Shown one piece after another: positions 42,976-56,423 of a DNA stretch of 64,000 nucleotides. Under the pieces are notes generated by a model that saw nothing but the letters and a program-made list of their open reading frames with translations, had not been told where the DNA came from and did no database searches. This DNA is from Sedimentisphaerales bacterium (lineage in GTDB: Bacteria > Planctomycetota > Phycisphaerae > Sedimentisphaerales > Anaerobacaceae). Both the position numbers and the translations under genes were made by a program. Each line of letters begins with the position of its first letter. Within the stretch, counting starts at the first letter, position 1. Location: assembly GCA_963708075.1 (NCBI GenBank), contig OY970194.1:4064001-4128000 (forward strand), read 5' to 3'.

Positions 42976-43191
42976 ATGAGACCTAAAACCATCATTGCCG
43001 GCATACTGATCGTTGTCGGCATCGTGGTGCTCGCTTACTCGGGCATCACTTACAAGACCAGAGGAAAGCCCGTCGATATCGGTCCGCTGCACGTAGAGAC
43101 CACAAAGAGCCACTTCATTCCCCCGGTCGTCGGAGCGGTCGCGCTGGTCGGCGGCATCATGCTGCTTGTCCTGGACACCAGGAGGGCATGA
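42976..43191 (+). CDS. Small two-TM membrane protein (DUF3185-like, copy 2)
   Basis: Near-identical to 37921-38136; GGAGG RBS. Confidence 0.78.
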   Translation: MRPKTIIAGILIVVGIVVLAYSGITYKTRGKPVDIGPLHVETTKSHFIPPVVGAVALVGGIMLLVLDTRRA

Positions 43192-43321
43192 TGAGAGAGA
43201 CCATAAAGGAGACGAGCCATGAGTTGGCACTAAGTCAAAGGACATGTGCCGCTAACCTGTCAAGTATCGGCATTGAACCACAACCAACCCACAATCATCA
43301 AGATTCAGATGGAGATGTAAC

Positions 43322-43420
43322 ATGAAATCACAACGGATTTGCAACTGTGTCTTAGTAGCTGTGGCCGCCCTTTTGGCACTTGCGGTTTTTGTCGGCGGCT
43401 GCCATGGCGTTACCTGGTAG
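43322..43420 (+). CDS. Putative 32-aa micro-lipoprotein
   Basis: MKSQRICNCVLVAVAALLALAVFVGGCHGVTW; GGAG RBS; lipobox-like VGGC. Confidence 0.45.
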   Translation: MKSQRICNCVLVAVAALLALAVFVGGCHGVTW

Positions 43421-43462
43421 AGTGTTTTCCGTCGTTCTTGAGAACATCGAAAGGAGTCTATT

Positions 43463-43627
43463 ATGGGATTCATACTACTACTTGTGCTGATCCTGCTTCT
43501 CGTGGGCGGCCTGCCCAGGTGGGGCTACAGCCGTAATTGGGGCTACACCCCCAGCGGCGTCTTGGGGCTGCTACTGATGGTCGTGCTGGTGCTCCTGCTC
43601 GCGGGGTATATCCCCCGCGGCTTCTGA
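43463..43627 (+). CDS. DUF3309-family small membrane protein (copy 1)
   Basis: MGFILLLVLILLLVGGLPRWGYSRNWGYTPSGVLGLLL; AGGAG RBS; too short for the ORF track. Confidence 0.85.
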   Translation: MGFILLLVLILLLVGGLPRWGYSRNWGYTPSGVLGLLLMVVLVLLLAGYIPRGF

Positions 43628-43809
43628 GCCGCCGATCACCGGCACGCCGGCCAATTTGGGGTAAGCGGGAGGTCGGCCCCCCGCCCAAGCCGGCCGAGGA
43701 GCGTCAGAGGACGCGCGAAAGCAAGAACCAGGGTGGATACAAGAATAAAGAGAAGGATAAGAACAGATGAGCCGACTTCGCAAGGCTCTGACTCGTAAAG
43801 GAAGATTCC

Positions 43810-44049
43810 ATGAGTAAGTACACAACTCAGTCGAAAACGACGCAGATGTCCGCAATGCAACAGGGGCAAAGGGCCTCGCATCCCGGGCCGGCTGCTGCCG
43901 CCATGCCTACGCACAAAGACATTGCCAAGCGGGCGTATGAGATTTACGTCGAGAAGGCTTGCCGACAGGGCCAGAGTGAACAGGACTGGCTGCAAGCCGA
44001 ACAGGAGTTGAAGAACCAAGAGAACTGGCTGCACGCTGAACAGAAATGA
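43810..44049 (+). CDS. DUF2934-domain protein (copy 1)
   Basis: IAKRAYEIY...G.SEQDWLQAEQEL. Confidence 0.85.
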   Translation: MSKYTTQSKTTQMSAMQQGQRASHPGPAAAAMPTHKDIAKRAYEIYVEKACRQGQSEQDWLQAEQELKNQENWLHAEQK

Positions 44050-44214
44050 AAGTAGGACACAACGCAACCTCAGCCCTTGGGCATCTTGGATTCACACGCT
44101 CTGCGCAAAGCGGCAGTCCACGAACCACGGCGTAGCAGCTTCGACATGAAGAAATGATTGATCATCGGCATACGAAGACAAGGCTGTTTGCGTTGAACAC
44201 TGAAGGAGAACTGT

Positions 44215-44334
44215 ATGGAGATGGTTCTATTGACTGTAGTGTATGTGCTTTCTTTGTTCCTTAGCGAAGAGCATGGGCGGCTGGGGGAGCGACGGGATCA
44301 GGACATGGACAGGAACTCGCAGTCCCGGGAGTAA
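44215..44334 (+). CDS. Possible 39-aa membrane micropeptide
   Basis: AAGGAG RBS, hydrophobic N-terminus MEMVLLTVVYVLSLFL. Confidence 0.35.
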   Translation: MEMVLLTVVYVLSLFLSEEHGRLGERRDQDMDRNSQSRE

Positions 44335-44493
44335 CAGCACGACGGCGGCGGTGATAGTGGGTGTGCCGCCGGGGTCAACAACATGACCATCGAGGAGACC
44401 AGGTCGAAGAACAACTATACATTAACAACGACCACCGTACGCCACCGGCTTTGCCACTTGCGTGCGTTGTTTGCAGGAAAAGGAGTCGGCATC

Positions 44494-44721
44494 ATGAAGG
44501 GCTCAACAGAGGTAGTGAAGGGTCGCATCGAGGAAGCAGCGGGCGTGCTGACCGGCGACGAGAGACTGCGCGCCAAGGGCCAGACGCATCAGGCCGAAGG
44601 GCATGTCAAGCAAGCCGCCGAAAAGGGCGTCCGGCAAGCCAGGGAGTGCGGCCGGAAGATCGTGGACAATGCGAGGAATATCGTTCACAAGGCAGTCGAA
44701 AAAGCAAAAAGAAGGTCTTAG
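44494..44721 (+). CDS. CsbD-family general stress protein
   Basis: VKGRIEEAAGVLTGDERLRAKGQTHQAEG.VKQ. Confidence 0.85.
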   Translation: MKGSTEVVKGRIEEAAGVLTGDERLRAKGQTHQAEGHVKQAAEKGVRQARECGRKIVDNARNIVHKAVEKAKRRS

Positions 44722-44815
44722 CGGATCGTTGCCAGCGGGTACGGAACGTGTCCACTGGCAGCAATTCCAGGCCCATTAACAGGAACATGGTATGCGAAGG
44801 TAGGTGAGGTTCGTC

Positions 44816-45157
44816 ATGGAACGCAAAAGCAGTGAGAACATTGCGGCAGCTTTGAAACTCCTTGAGGAGGCGGCCAAGCAGAAGAAGGACGAGTTGAGGA
44901 CGCTCATGTCTGATAAGTACACAAATCTGCGGAGCCTGATCATGGAGGACGAAGGCAGTCTCATGGAATCGCTGACCACCGCCAAAGACCACGCGGTCGA
45001 GGCGACCACTCATGTCAAGGAGGCCGGCGTCGAGAAGGCCCGTGAAATCGCCCGCGACGTGGACAAGGGCGTGCATCAGAATCCGTGGCCCTACATCGCA
45101 GGATCGGCGGTGGTCGGTGTGCTACTAGGCTACATTCTGGGCGACAGTCGCAAGTAG
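44816..45157 (+). CDS. DUF883/ElaB/YqjD-family protein
   Basis: Helical N-terminus; C-terminal VHQNPWPYIAGSAVVGVLLGYILG tail anchor. Confidence 0.82.
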   Translation: MERKSSENIAAALKLLEEAAKQKKDELRTLMSDKYTNLRSLIMEDEGSLMESLTTAKDHAVEATTHVKEAGVEKAREIARDVDKGVHQNPWPYIAGSAVVGVLLGYILGDSRK

Positions 45158-45178
45158 CATCGTCCGACAGGAGGGCCT

Positions 45179-45598
45179 ATGTTCAAGTACCTGACCAAGG
45201 GGCTTCTGGCCGGAATTGTGATCCACCTGCTGGACAACTGCCGGCATCTGTCGATTCAAGTGCTCAAGATCGAGGCAGCGAAGTGCTACTTGCACGGCGT
45301 ACGGATGGCCAGGTTGTCGGCAATCGGTCTGATGCGGATGGGGCTCGTGATCGGTCTCATCGGCGTTGGTGTGCTGCTATTCCACGCGGGGCTGTTCATC
45401 CTTCTGCCTTGGACCGCGGAAACCAAAGCGATTCTCGGCATGTTCCTGGGTTTGGCCTACGTGGCCATCGGTTGTGTTGCGCTTCATGCGGCCATGGTTG
45501 AGAAGACGTGGATGGAGAAGTCGGGTGTCGCTGAGATGCTGGACGAAGCGATCGGTCAGTCCAACAAGGACTCACCCGACGGCAAAGGTTCTACCTAA
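45179..45598 (+). CDS. Two-TM membrane protein (YqjE/holin-like position after DUF883)
   Basis: Two hydrophobic segments; GGAG RBS; synteny with the DUF883 gene. Confidence 0.65.
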   Translation: MFKYLTKGLLAGIVIHLLDNCRHLSIQVLKIEAAKCYLHGVRMARLSAIGLMRMGLVIGLIGVGVLLFHAGLFILLPWTAETKAILGMFLGLAYVAIGCVALHAAMVEKTWMEKSGVAEMLDEAIGQSNKDSPDGKGST

Positions 45599-45654
45599 AG
45601 CGGCTCGGTGTGTTCCGACAGGAAGACACGAGTACAAGTTCGTTGTCAGCGTGT

Positions 45655-45800
45655 CCGAGCGGATGGTTCGCAACACGTCCGTCCGGGATGGAAGACATCC
45701 ACACGACCCATGCGGAGAGCTTCCGTGGAGTTGATCATCTGCGCCACATCCTCGAGGAAACACGGGCAATCGTCAGCGATACTCTGGCAGCACCGGGACC
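45655..45800 (+). pseudogene. Phosphoglucomutase C-terminal remnant
   Basis: GWFATRPSGMEDIHTTHAESFRGVDHLRHILEETRAIV compared with [38 protein letters not shown] of intact pgm. Confidence 0.75.
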
Positions 45801-46054
45801 TCAGAAGCCGGGAAACGAAGCTGTGGAATCCTGGCGCAATGAGGGGAACCCTAATGGATGCATTCGGGGATCAGGTCCGAGACAAATGTGAGGGACAGAT
45901 CCTGGGCGAACAAACCCGTGCCGGCCACCCCATATACAATCTTCTACCGTCCGCATTGCAGTCCTGGGTATATGATGCCGGTGGCGTTCCCGGCGGGTTG
46001 CACTTGGGCAGACCATTTCACTACTAATCCAGAACAGAGATGAAATGCCGAGCC

Positions 46055-47005
46055 ATGACAAAGGAAGCTGAACACGCAATCCACGTCGAGAGACTGACGA
46101 AACGTTACGGGGATCTGCTGGCAGTCAACGACATATCGTTCACCGTCAGGAAGGGCGAAGTGTTCGCTTTTCTGGGTCCGAACGGCGCCGGCAAGACCAC
46201 TACCGTTGAGATCATCGAGACAATACGCACGCCAACGTCGGGAAAGGTGAGCCTTCTCGATATGGATGTCACAAGAAAGAAGCACAAAATCGTTCGCCGC
46301 ATCGGCGTTCTCCCACAGGGGTTCAGCTCGTTTGACAGGATAACGGTCAGGGAGACCATCCAGTACTACTCGAGACTTTTCTGCCGCAGGGACACCGATA
46401 TCGATGGGCTGATAGAACTCGCGAACCTCACGGACAAAAGCACAGAGCAGTTCAAGAACCTCTCTGGAGGTTTGAAGCAGCGCCTCGGAATTGCAATTGC
46501 GCTCGTGAACAATCCCGAGGTCGTGTTCCTCGACGAGCCGACGACAGGGCTCGATCCCCGCGCAAGGCGTGAGGTGTGGGATGTCCTGCTGGGCCTGAAG
46601 AAGAAGGGAAAGACGGTATTTCTCACCACACACTACATGGAGGAAGCAGAGCTTCTTGCAGACACTGTAGCCATAATCTCCAAGGGAAGTATCGTCGCGA
46701 TGGGCTCTCCCGGGGAGCTTATCGAAAGGAACGCAAACTATCTGGTCCTCACGCTACTGTCCGTCGATGAAAAAGTCTTTGAGATCGTCCAGAAGATGGG
46801 CTTCGAGCCGGCCCATACCAACCACAAGAACATCAAGGTCCGGGTGGAGCACCAGGACGACGTTCGGAGAATATTGAATGGCATCAAGGACATCGGGGCA
46901 TCATTCCTCAGCTTGGACGTTCGCAAACCCAATCTTGAAGAGGTTTTCCTGAAGCTCACCGGTGCCGCACTCCGCGAAGACCCTGCCGAGGAGGTGGCCG
47001 AATGA
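46055..47005 (+). CDS. ABC exporter ATP-binding subunit
   Basis: GPNGAGKTT, LSGGLKQR, LDEPTTGLD, TTHYMEEA. Confidence 0.92.
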   Translation: MTKEAEHAIHVERLTKRYGDLLAVNDISFTVRKGEVFAFLGPNGAGKTTTVEIIETIRTPTSGKVSLLDMDVTRKKHKIVRRIGVLPQGFSSFDRITVRETIQYYSRLFCRRDTDIDGLIELANLTDKSTEQFKNLSGGLKQRLGIAIALVNNPEVVFLDEPTTGLDPRARREVWDVLLGLKKKGKTVFLTTHYMEEAELLADTVAIISKGSIVAMGSPGELIERNANYLVLTLLSVDEKVFEIVQKMGFEPAHTNHKNIKVRVEHQDDVRRILNGIKDIGASFLSLDVRKPNLEEVFLKLTGAALREDPAEEVAE

Positions 47006-48115
47006 GTCCACGTGTTATCGGCGCCAATCTCATCGTGAGCATCAAGAGCTTCTACCGCGAGAAAACGGCAGTGTTCTTCAGAATTGCCTTCCCTGTACTC
47101 CTGATACTCGTGTTCGGCACGATTTTCATGAACCAGGATAATGTGCGTTTCGACTTTTATGTGCAGGACCTCGATCAGACTAATTCGTCGGCAGAGCTCG
47201 TCAAGACCCTCGAGCTCAACGATAAGTTCAAGATAACCACGGTTGATCCGGCCATCAATGCCACGCAGTACGCCAAACACAACAAGCTAAACTTGGTCGT
47301 GGTTATTCCGCAAAGACTATGAAACGTCCCTCATACAGAGGATGAAACGCAAGGACCTCAACGCTTCCGTTACCATTACATACATATACGACCCCAGCTC
47401 TACTTCGGTGTCCACGAAGATGCAAATCCTGAACTCGGTCTTCGCCGAGATAAACCAGAGGATGTCCGGGAAGCCACCGTTCATCACGCCAGCCGAGACA
47501 TCGATACTCAACAGAAAATACCGGTTCATCGATTTCTTCGTCCCAGGCATTATCGCGATGACGGTGATGACGGCGAGCCTGTTCGGTGCGGTAAACGTTA
47601 ATGCGGAGCTTCGTCAGAAAGGCGTCATCAAGAAGCTGTCCACCACCCCCATCACCCGCACCGACTGGATACTGTCGAACGTTCTGTACCAGTTCATACT
47701 TTCGGTCATAGCCACGATTGCGATACTACTAGTGAGCTACGGCGTGTTCAACGTTAGCCTTCAGATGAATGTTTGGCTCCCTGTGTTCGTGGTGCTTGAC
47801 GTCTTTGCGTTCGTCGGGATAGGGATGATCCTCACCCGCGTCGCGAAAGAGGCGGAGAGCGCCGCCGCTGCGGCAAACGCCATCATGTTCCCGATGATGT
47901 TCCTCTCGGGGACCTTCTTTCCTGTCGAGATGATGCCGGGGTTCCTGCAGAAGTTCTCCAGGATACTGCCTCTGTACTATGTGAACGAGGGTCTCCGAGC
48001 ATCCATGATATTTGGCGACCACATGATCGCATTGCGTTGCTCTCTGATCATAGGGGTTTTCGCCGCCGTGGTCTTCGTCCTGGGCATGATGACCACCAAA
48101 TGGGAGGAGGGGTAG
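47002..48115 (+). CDS. ABC-2 permease, +1 frameshift near 47310
   Basis: ORFs 47002-47322 and 47342-48115 join as VVIPKDYETSLIQRMKRK; DFFVPGIIAM, FLSGTFFP. Confidence 0.85.
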
Positions 48116-48280
48116 GGATATCATAGTGCCCACGTCGTGCTATTACAGCCTTGCTTGCAGCAACGTCTGCCGCCCCCATCGACACCATTGTCAGGTGCAA
48201 CGCTTATCGCCCTTTACTACATTGAAAGCACCAGATCATTCAGGTGACATGATGTGTTGTACGGTGCAGGAGTAACGTTT

Positions 48281-49243
48281 ATGTTGGCAGGTTGGACGTC
48301 CCGGCTCACAACACAAGGCAAGACAACCCGGTACTTGTTGTCATTAGCCAGGACTCCCCTGGCCTTTAATGCGTACTACAAATATCATTTTCCGTTGCCC
48401 TCTGTCATAATGATCGAGAATACAAATTGCTGCAACTCACACTGTGTCATGTGCCCTCGTGAGAAGCTCACCAGAAAACCCGGCTTCATGGATTTTGGGC
48501 TGTTCGAGAAGATCATTAAAGAAGTGTCCAACATGAGGCGCACACCCGTTACGCATTTACACGGGTTTGGGGAGCCGCTTTTGGATCCACTGCTATCAGA
48601 GAGAATCGAGCTCGCAAAGGCGTGTGGAATACAGCATACCTATATTGTGACCAATGCTTCATTACTTTCTCCCGAGACATCGAGAAAGATCATTACTGCG
48701 GGATTAGACAAGATGAAGATCAGTTTTTACGGAACCGACGAAGAATCGTATGATGCAACCATGAGAAGGTTGAGTTTTAAGGTTACTTTTCAAAATGTCA
48801 TAGATTTCTTGAGGATAAGGAAAGAAATGAAGAGGAAGAACCCGCAGCTAATACTGCAATATCTTCCTCACCCAACAAATCATGCCAAGACGGAGGAGTT
48901 TAGGGCTCTGTGGCGATCTGTGATGGATAAGACGGTTGGTGATTGTCTGAATATCACATCTTTGCATAACTATGGCGGCGGGAGAGCCTATAACCGTGTA
49001 GGGGATAAGATAGTGTCAATCTGTTTTTACCCTTGGACAGCCATGTCCGTGCTCTACGATGGCAGGGTCGTTAGCTGTTGTATGGATTATAATGGTGCTC
49101 AGGTCTTGGGCGATCTGAATTGCCAGACTGTCATGGAACTGTGGAATGGGCCTGTGTTATCCTCGACCAGGAGGACATTTGGAAAGTTGGAGTATAGCGG
49201 GTTTCCGACCTGCATGGGCTGCGATTGGGTGCACAGGCGTTAA
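48281..49243 (+). CDS. Radical SAM protein with SPASM/twitch domain
   Basis: CNSHCVMC (CxxxCxxC), GFGEPLL, TNA; C-terminal CFYPW...DG.V..CC.D...C..C; start uncertain. Confidence 0.88.
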   Translation: MLAGWTSRLTTQGKTTRYLLSLARTPLAFNAYYKYHFPLPSVIMIENTNCCNSHCVMCPREKLTRKPGFMDFGLFEKIIKEVSNMRRTPVTHLHGFGEPLLDPLLSERIELAKACGIQHTYIVTNASLLSPETSRKIITAGLDKMKISFYGTDEESYDATMRRLSFKVTFQNVIDFLRIRKEMKRKNPQLILQYLPHPTNHAKTEEFRALWRSVMDKTVGDCLNITSLHNYGGGRAYNRVGDKIVSICFYPWTAMSVLYDGRVVSCCMDYNGAQVLGDLNCQTVMELWNGPVLSSTRRTFGKLEYSGFPTCMGCDWVHRR

Positions 49244-49310
49244 ACCAATATGCAGAGTATCAGAATGATAAGTCCCCACATGGTAACGGTGATAAGGATG
49301 TGATGTGCGA

Positions 49311-50270
49311 ATGAGAAAACGAATCCTCTTTATTTGTGGTTCGATGAATCAGACGACCCAGATGCATCAGATATCCAAGCACCTTCCCGAGTATGAGCAC
49401 TCCTTCTCACCCTACTACTGCGACGGCCTGCACGAGATGTGGCGAAGACTCGGGTTGATGGAGTTCACTATCATAGGTGACAAGCTGGCGAGCAGATGCC
49501 GGACGTATCTGCAGAATCATAACCTTCCCATCGACTACCAGGGGAAGAATCGGCCTTACGACCTTGTAGTTACCTGCTCGGACGTGTACCTGCAGAAGAA
49601 CATTCGAAACAACAGGATCGTGCTGGTTCAGGAGGGGATTACGGACGCAGAATCTATCTTGTTTCGCCTCGTCAAGCGTTTCCGATTCCTTCCTCGCTGG
49701 CTGGCGGGTACATCGGCTACCGGCCTCAGCGATGCATACCGTGCTTTCTGCGTCGCAAGCGACGGATATCGCGATTTCTTCATCCGCAAAGGTGCACGCC
49801 CCGAGAAGATCATCGTTACGGGAATACCCAATTTCGATGACTGCCAACGGTATTGCAGCAACGACTTTCCCTACAGGCACTACGTGCTGGTCTGCACATC
49901 GCCGCTGCGGGAGATATTCCAGGGCGAGGACCGCGAGGCTTTTCTCCGGAAGGCTGTCGAGATCGCCGGCGGCAGGCAACTGATCTTCAAGCTTCACCCG
50001 AACGAAAATGTGGAGCGTGCTACCCGGGAAATCCACCAGCATACATCTGGAGCCATGGTGTTCTCGACCGGCAGCGCCGAAGAAATGATAGCGAACTGCG
50101 ATGTCCTGATTACCCGTTTTTCGTCGACTGCCTTCGTCGGCATTGCACTCGGCAAGGAAACCCACTCGGACTTCGACATGGACGAACTGCGTCGGCTGAC
50201 GCCGGTTCAGAACGGCTCAGCGGCGCTCAACATCGCGAATGTCTGCCGCAGGTTTCTTGAAGAGGATTGA
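49311..50270 (+). CDS. Putative GT-B-fold protein (glycosyltransferase/epimerase-like), function unknown
   Basis: LVQEG, G..PEKIIVTG.PNFD, IFKLHP.E, CDVLIT.FSS pattern typical of GT-B C-terminal domains. Confidence 0.6.
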   Translation: MRKRILFICGSMNQTTQMHQISKHLPEYEHSFSPYYCDGLHEMWRRLGLMEFTIIGDKLASRCRTYLQNHNLPIDYQGKNRPYDLVVTCSDVYLQKNIRNNRIVLVQEGITDAESILFRLVKRFRFLPRWLAGTSATGLSDAYRAFCVASDGYRDFFIRKGARPEKIIVTGIPNFDDCQRYCSNDFPYRHYVLVCTSPLREIFQGEDREAFLRKAVEIAGGRQLIFKLHPNENVERATREIHQHTSGAMVFSTGSAEEMIANCDVLITRFSSTAFVGIALGKETHSDFDMDELRRLTPVQNGSAALNIANVCRRFLEED

Positions 50271-50696
50271 CGGCCGTTCGTCCTCATTCTATCCTGGCGA
50301 TTCCGCCGAAGGTGTAGGAAGCCGGGTTTTGACGATTTCAAGCTGCGAATAACCAATCCGAAATAAGTCCCGAATCGTTCGCAACTGCGAACAGGATATT
50401 GCACACTGCGAAATGACCGTTTGAAAGACGCCGTAGTAGGGCTACCGGGATAGATTCATGATCTGCCGGGGTCCAGTCCGTTAAGTCCTCTGGAGGAGTA
50501 GGAATCCTGCGAGGGAACATCCAGATGACTGGACCTGGACAATACACATCGGATCCGACGGAGGGCATTATTGACTTCAAAAGGCAGGGGTACAATAAGA
50601 AACAGGCATGCCCTCAAGCCGCACATTGATCACCGCTTCACGGGCGCTGAGATTGTCGCGACATTGACCCTACGTCAGTGTCTGTCCTACAGCAAG

Positions 50697-50741
50697 GTAG
50701 GGTTATACCCCATAGAGTAGGGGCGACCCATGGCGTAGCAT
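50697..50741 (+). promoter_or_regulatory. Palindromic box plus promoter
   Basis: GTAGGGTTATACCCCAT, TAGAGT-17-TAGCAT. Confidence 0.78.
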
Positions 50742-50843
50742 GCCTGCAATGCAGCAGCAAGCCCAAAGACTCAGCCAAAGCAATGGGGCTCCAATATGCG
50801 AAGGCGGCAGTACTAGCCACGATGATGGTCATAGAAAGTATAT

Positions 50844-54195
<3,352 letters not shown>

Positions 54196-54221
54196 CCCGT
54201 GAAACCCATGAAAGATGTCCC

Positions 54222-54788
54222 ATGAAAGAGGCCATGTGGTGGTTCGCTGCTCTCACGTTGCTGGCCGCGGCAGGCTGTGCCCGAGACCAAACTCGGCTGC
54301 CGTTGACCATCGAGCAAAGCAAGGCCGCGCCGGACGGTGCCCTGGCAGAAACTCGTCCGCTGTTCATCATCGAGCGGAGCAAGAACGCCAACGTCGTGCA
54401 TTACGACGCCCAGCTTACCGCCGACGGCAATCTGGATCCCGAGGAACCGGTGATCGCCTACTATGTCATGCTAGCCGAGGACGGCCGCCGGAAGGAACTC
54501 AATTGGATCGAGAAGAAAATGGCCTACGGCTTCGACATTAGACCGGACCCGTCGGTAGGCGGGTACAAAATGATCATCGTGGCTGCCCCCCAGGGGCCAA
54601 TCACCGTGAAGAAGGAGGGGAACGCCGTCCGTGCCGAGCTGGTCATCGACAGCCACCCGGCTGTTGTCGAGAAGATGTACATCAATGCCTCCGACGGGCT
54701 GCCCTGGCCCAAAGTCCACTATATCGAGCTCTACGGAGTAGATCTGCAAACGGGAGAGAAGCGATTTGAAAAGATCATACCGAAGTAG
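54222..54788 (+). CDS. DUF4833-like lipoprotein
   Basis: Lipobox AAGC; LFIIERSKNANVVHYD, ELNWIEKKMAYG, V.YIELYG.D..TGE. Confidence 0.75.
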   Translation: MKEAMWWFAALTLLAAAGCARDQTRLPLTIEQSKAAPDGALAETRPLFIIERSKNANVVHYDAQLTADGNLDPEEPVIAYYVMLAEDGRRKELNWIEKKMAYGFDIRPDPSVGGYKMIIVAAPQGPITVKKEGNAVRAELVIDSHPAVVEKMYINASDGLPWPKVHYIELYGVDLQTGEKRFEKIIPK

Positions 54789-54819
54789 CCCCCTCGTCGT
54801 GCCACAAAACAGAGGAGAA

Positions 54820-55022
54820 ACGCGGAAGAGATGATTGCGACTTGCGATGTCTTGGTCACTCGTTCTTCATCGACTGCCTTCGTCGGTCTGGCGCTCGGCA
54901 AGGGAACTCACTCCGACTTCGACATGGACGAAATGCGTCGGCTGATGCCGGTTCAGAATGGCTCGGGGGCTTCCAACATCGCGGATATTTGCCGCGGCTT
55001 GATCGAGGAGCGACGGCAATGA
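54820..55022 (+). pseudogene. 3' fragment paralogous to the GT-B-like gene at 49311-50270
   Basis: EEMIATCDVLVTRSSSTAFVGLALGKGTHSDFDMDEMRRL compared with EEMIANCDVLITRFSSTAFVGIALGKETHSDFDMDELRRL. Confidence 0.85.
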
Positions 55023-56146
55023 GCGACCATGTTGTGGTCAGACCGGTGGTTTCGTGGCGGGATCGCAGGCGTTTTCAGCGGCTCGCCTGGTCAATTTATG
55101 CCGGCGACCTCAACTGGGTGCCGCCGATTCTCGCCCAAGAGCGCCAACTCCTGGGCTGGGGACAACATCCCTTCTTTGACAATGCGGAGATCGTAACGCT
55201 GTTGGCGGAGCGAGGTGGCCGGGTGGTGGGTCGGCTGGCGGCGATCGTCAACCACATACATAATAGCAAATACAACGAACGTCGTGGGTTCTTCGGGTTC
55301 TTCGAGTGCGTGAACGATGCAATGGTCGCTCGCTCGTTGTTCGAGGCCGCCCATGCGTGGTTGCGGCAGCGCGGGATGACGGCGGTGCGCGGGCCAGTGA
55401 ATCCGTCGCTCAATTACACCTGTGGATTGCTCGTCGATGGCTTCGATCGGCCCCCTTGCTTCCTGATGACCTACAACCCACCTTACTATGCGGCCCTGGT
55501 GGAATCCTGCGGGTTCGCCAAGTCGCAGGACATGTATGCCTATGAAATGGACATGGGCCGGTTGGCGGCATTGACGGCGCGATACAAGCCCGCGGTGCTG
55601 GCGGCGCTTGAATCGTCCAAACTGGTGTTCCGGCCGTTCGACCCGGGGAAGTATCAGCAGCAGACCGAGACGTACCTCGATATCTACAACCGTTCGCTGG
55701 AAGGCACCTGGGGCTTCACGCCTCTACAGCCGCACGAAGCACGGCACATCGCCGGCGAGCTTCGACAGGTCATCGTACCGGAGTTGGCCGTGTTTGCCGA
55801 GATTGGCGGCCAGCCGATCGGGGCGGTGCTCGCCCTCCTCGACTATAACCAGATCCTCCGCAAGCTCAATGGCCGATTGTTCCCGTTCGGCTTCGTACGC
55901 CTCTTGACCGAACGACGGCACATCACGGCGGCTCGCGTCATGGCAATCAACATGGTGCCCGGCTACCAGAGCGCGGGGCTCGGCATTGTGTTGCTGGACA
56001 ACCTGGTGGGGGCGGTGGCAAAATGGGGCATCGAGCGCTACGAGTTCTCGTGGGTTCTGGAGAGCAATGTCCGTTCCCGCGGCACCCTCGAGCGCGCCGA
56101 GACGAAGATTACCAGCACTTACCGCCTCTATGACAAAGCCTTGTGA
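55019..56146 (+). CDS. GNAT-fold N-acyltransferase, YghO/bacterial ceramide synthase-like
   Basis: IY.GD.NWVPP, HPFF, VGRLAAI, GFFGFFEC, RGPVNPS.N..CGLLVDGF..PP..LM.YNPPYY, E.SWVLESN, YRLY. Confidence 0.82.
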   Translation: MSDHVVVRPVVSWRDRRRFQRLAWSIYAGDLNWVPPILAQERQLLGWGQHPFFDNAEIVTLLAERGGRVVGRLAAIVNHIHNSKYNERRGFFGFFECVNDAMVARSLFEAAHAWLRQRGMTAVRGPVNPSLNYTCGLLVDGFDRPPCFLMTYNPPYYAALVESCGFAKSQDMYAYEMDMGRLAALTARYKPAVLAALESSKLVFRPFDPGKYQQQTETYLDIYNRSLEGTWGFTPLQPHEARHIAGELRQVIVPELAVFAEIGGQPIGAVLALLDYNQILRKLNGRLFPFGFVRLLTERRHITAARVMAINMVPGYQSAGLGIVLLDNLVGAVAKWGIERYEFSWVLESNVRSRGTLERAETKITSTYRLYDKAL

Positions 56147-56423
56147 CGCCGACCGGGATGCGTTACGACTGAACCAGGGTCGCGCGCTGGCAGTGGATGC
56201 GTAAACGGCGGATGCCACGACCCAGCGCCCGCCACGGACTGAACTGGAGCGTGCCCCAGATGCTGAGCATGGCGTGAAGCGGGCGCAGCGACGCCTTCGG
56301 CCAGACGCTGCAGTAGCGGTTTTCGGACCGGGGCCGGAAGCGAGTCTTGAAGTGATAGATGCCCGGCGTATCAAGGATGAAGTTTAGATAGTGGTGCGCG
56401 ATCCGGATATAGGTGTGGATCAG

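Noticed and set aside
43519..43553. Box-like GTGGGGCTACAGCC / TGGGGCTACACCCCCA, also near 59560-59595
   Set aside because: These lie inside DUF3309 coding sequence (WGYSRNWGY), are explained by codons, and lack promoter geometry.
50571..50596. TTGACT...TACAAT sigma70-like pair
   Set aside because: The spacer is only 14 bp.
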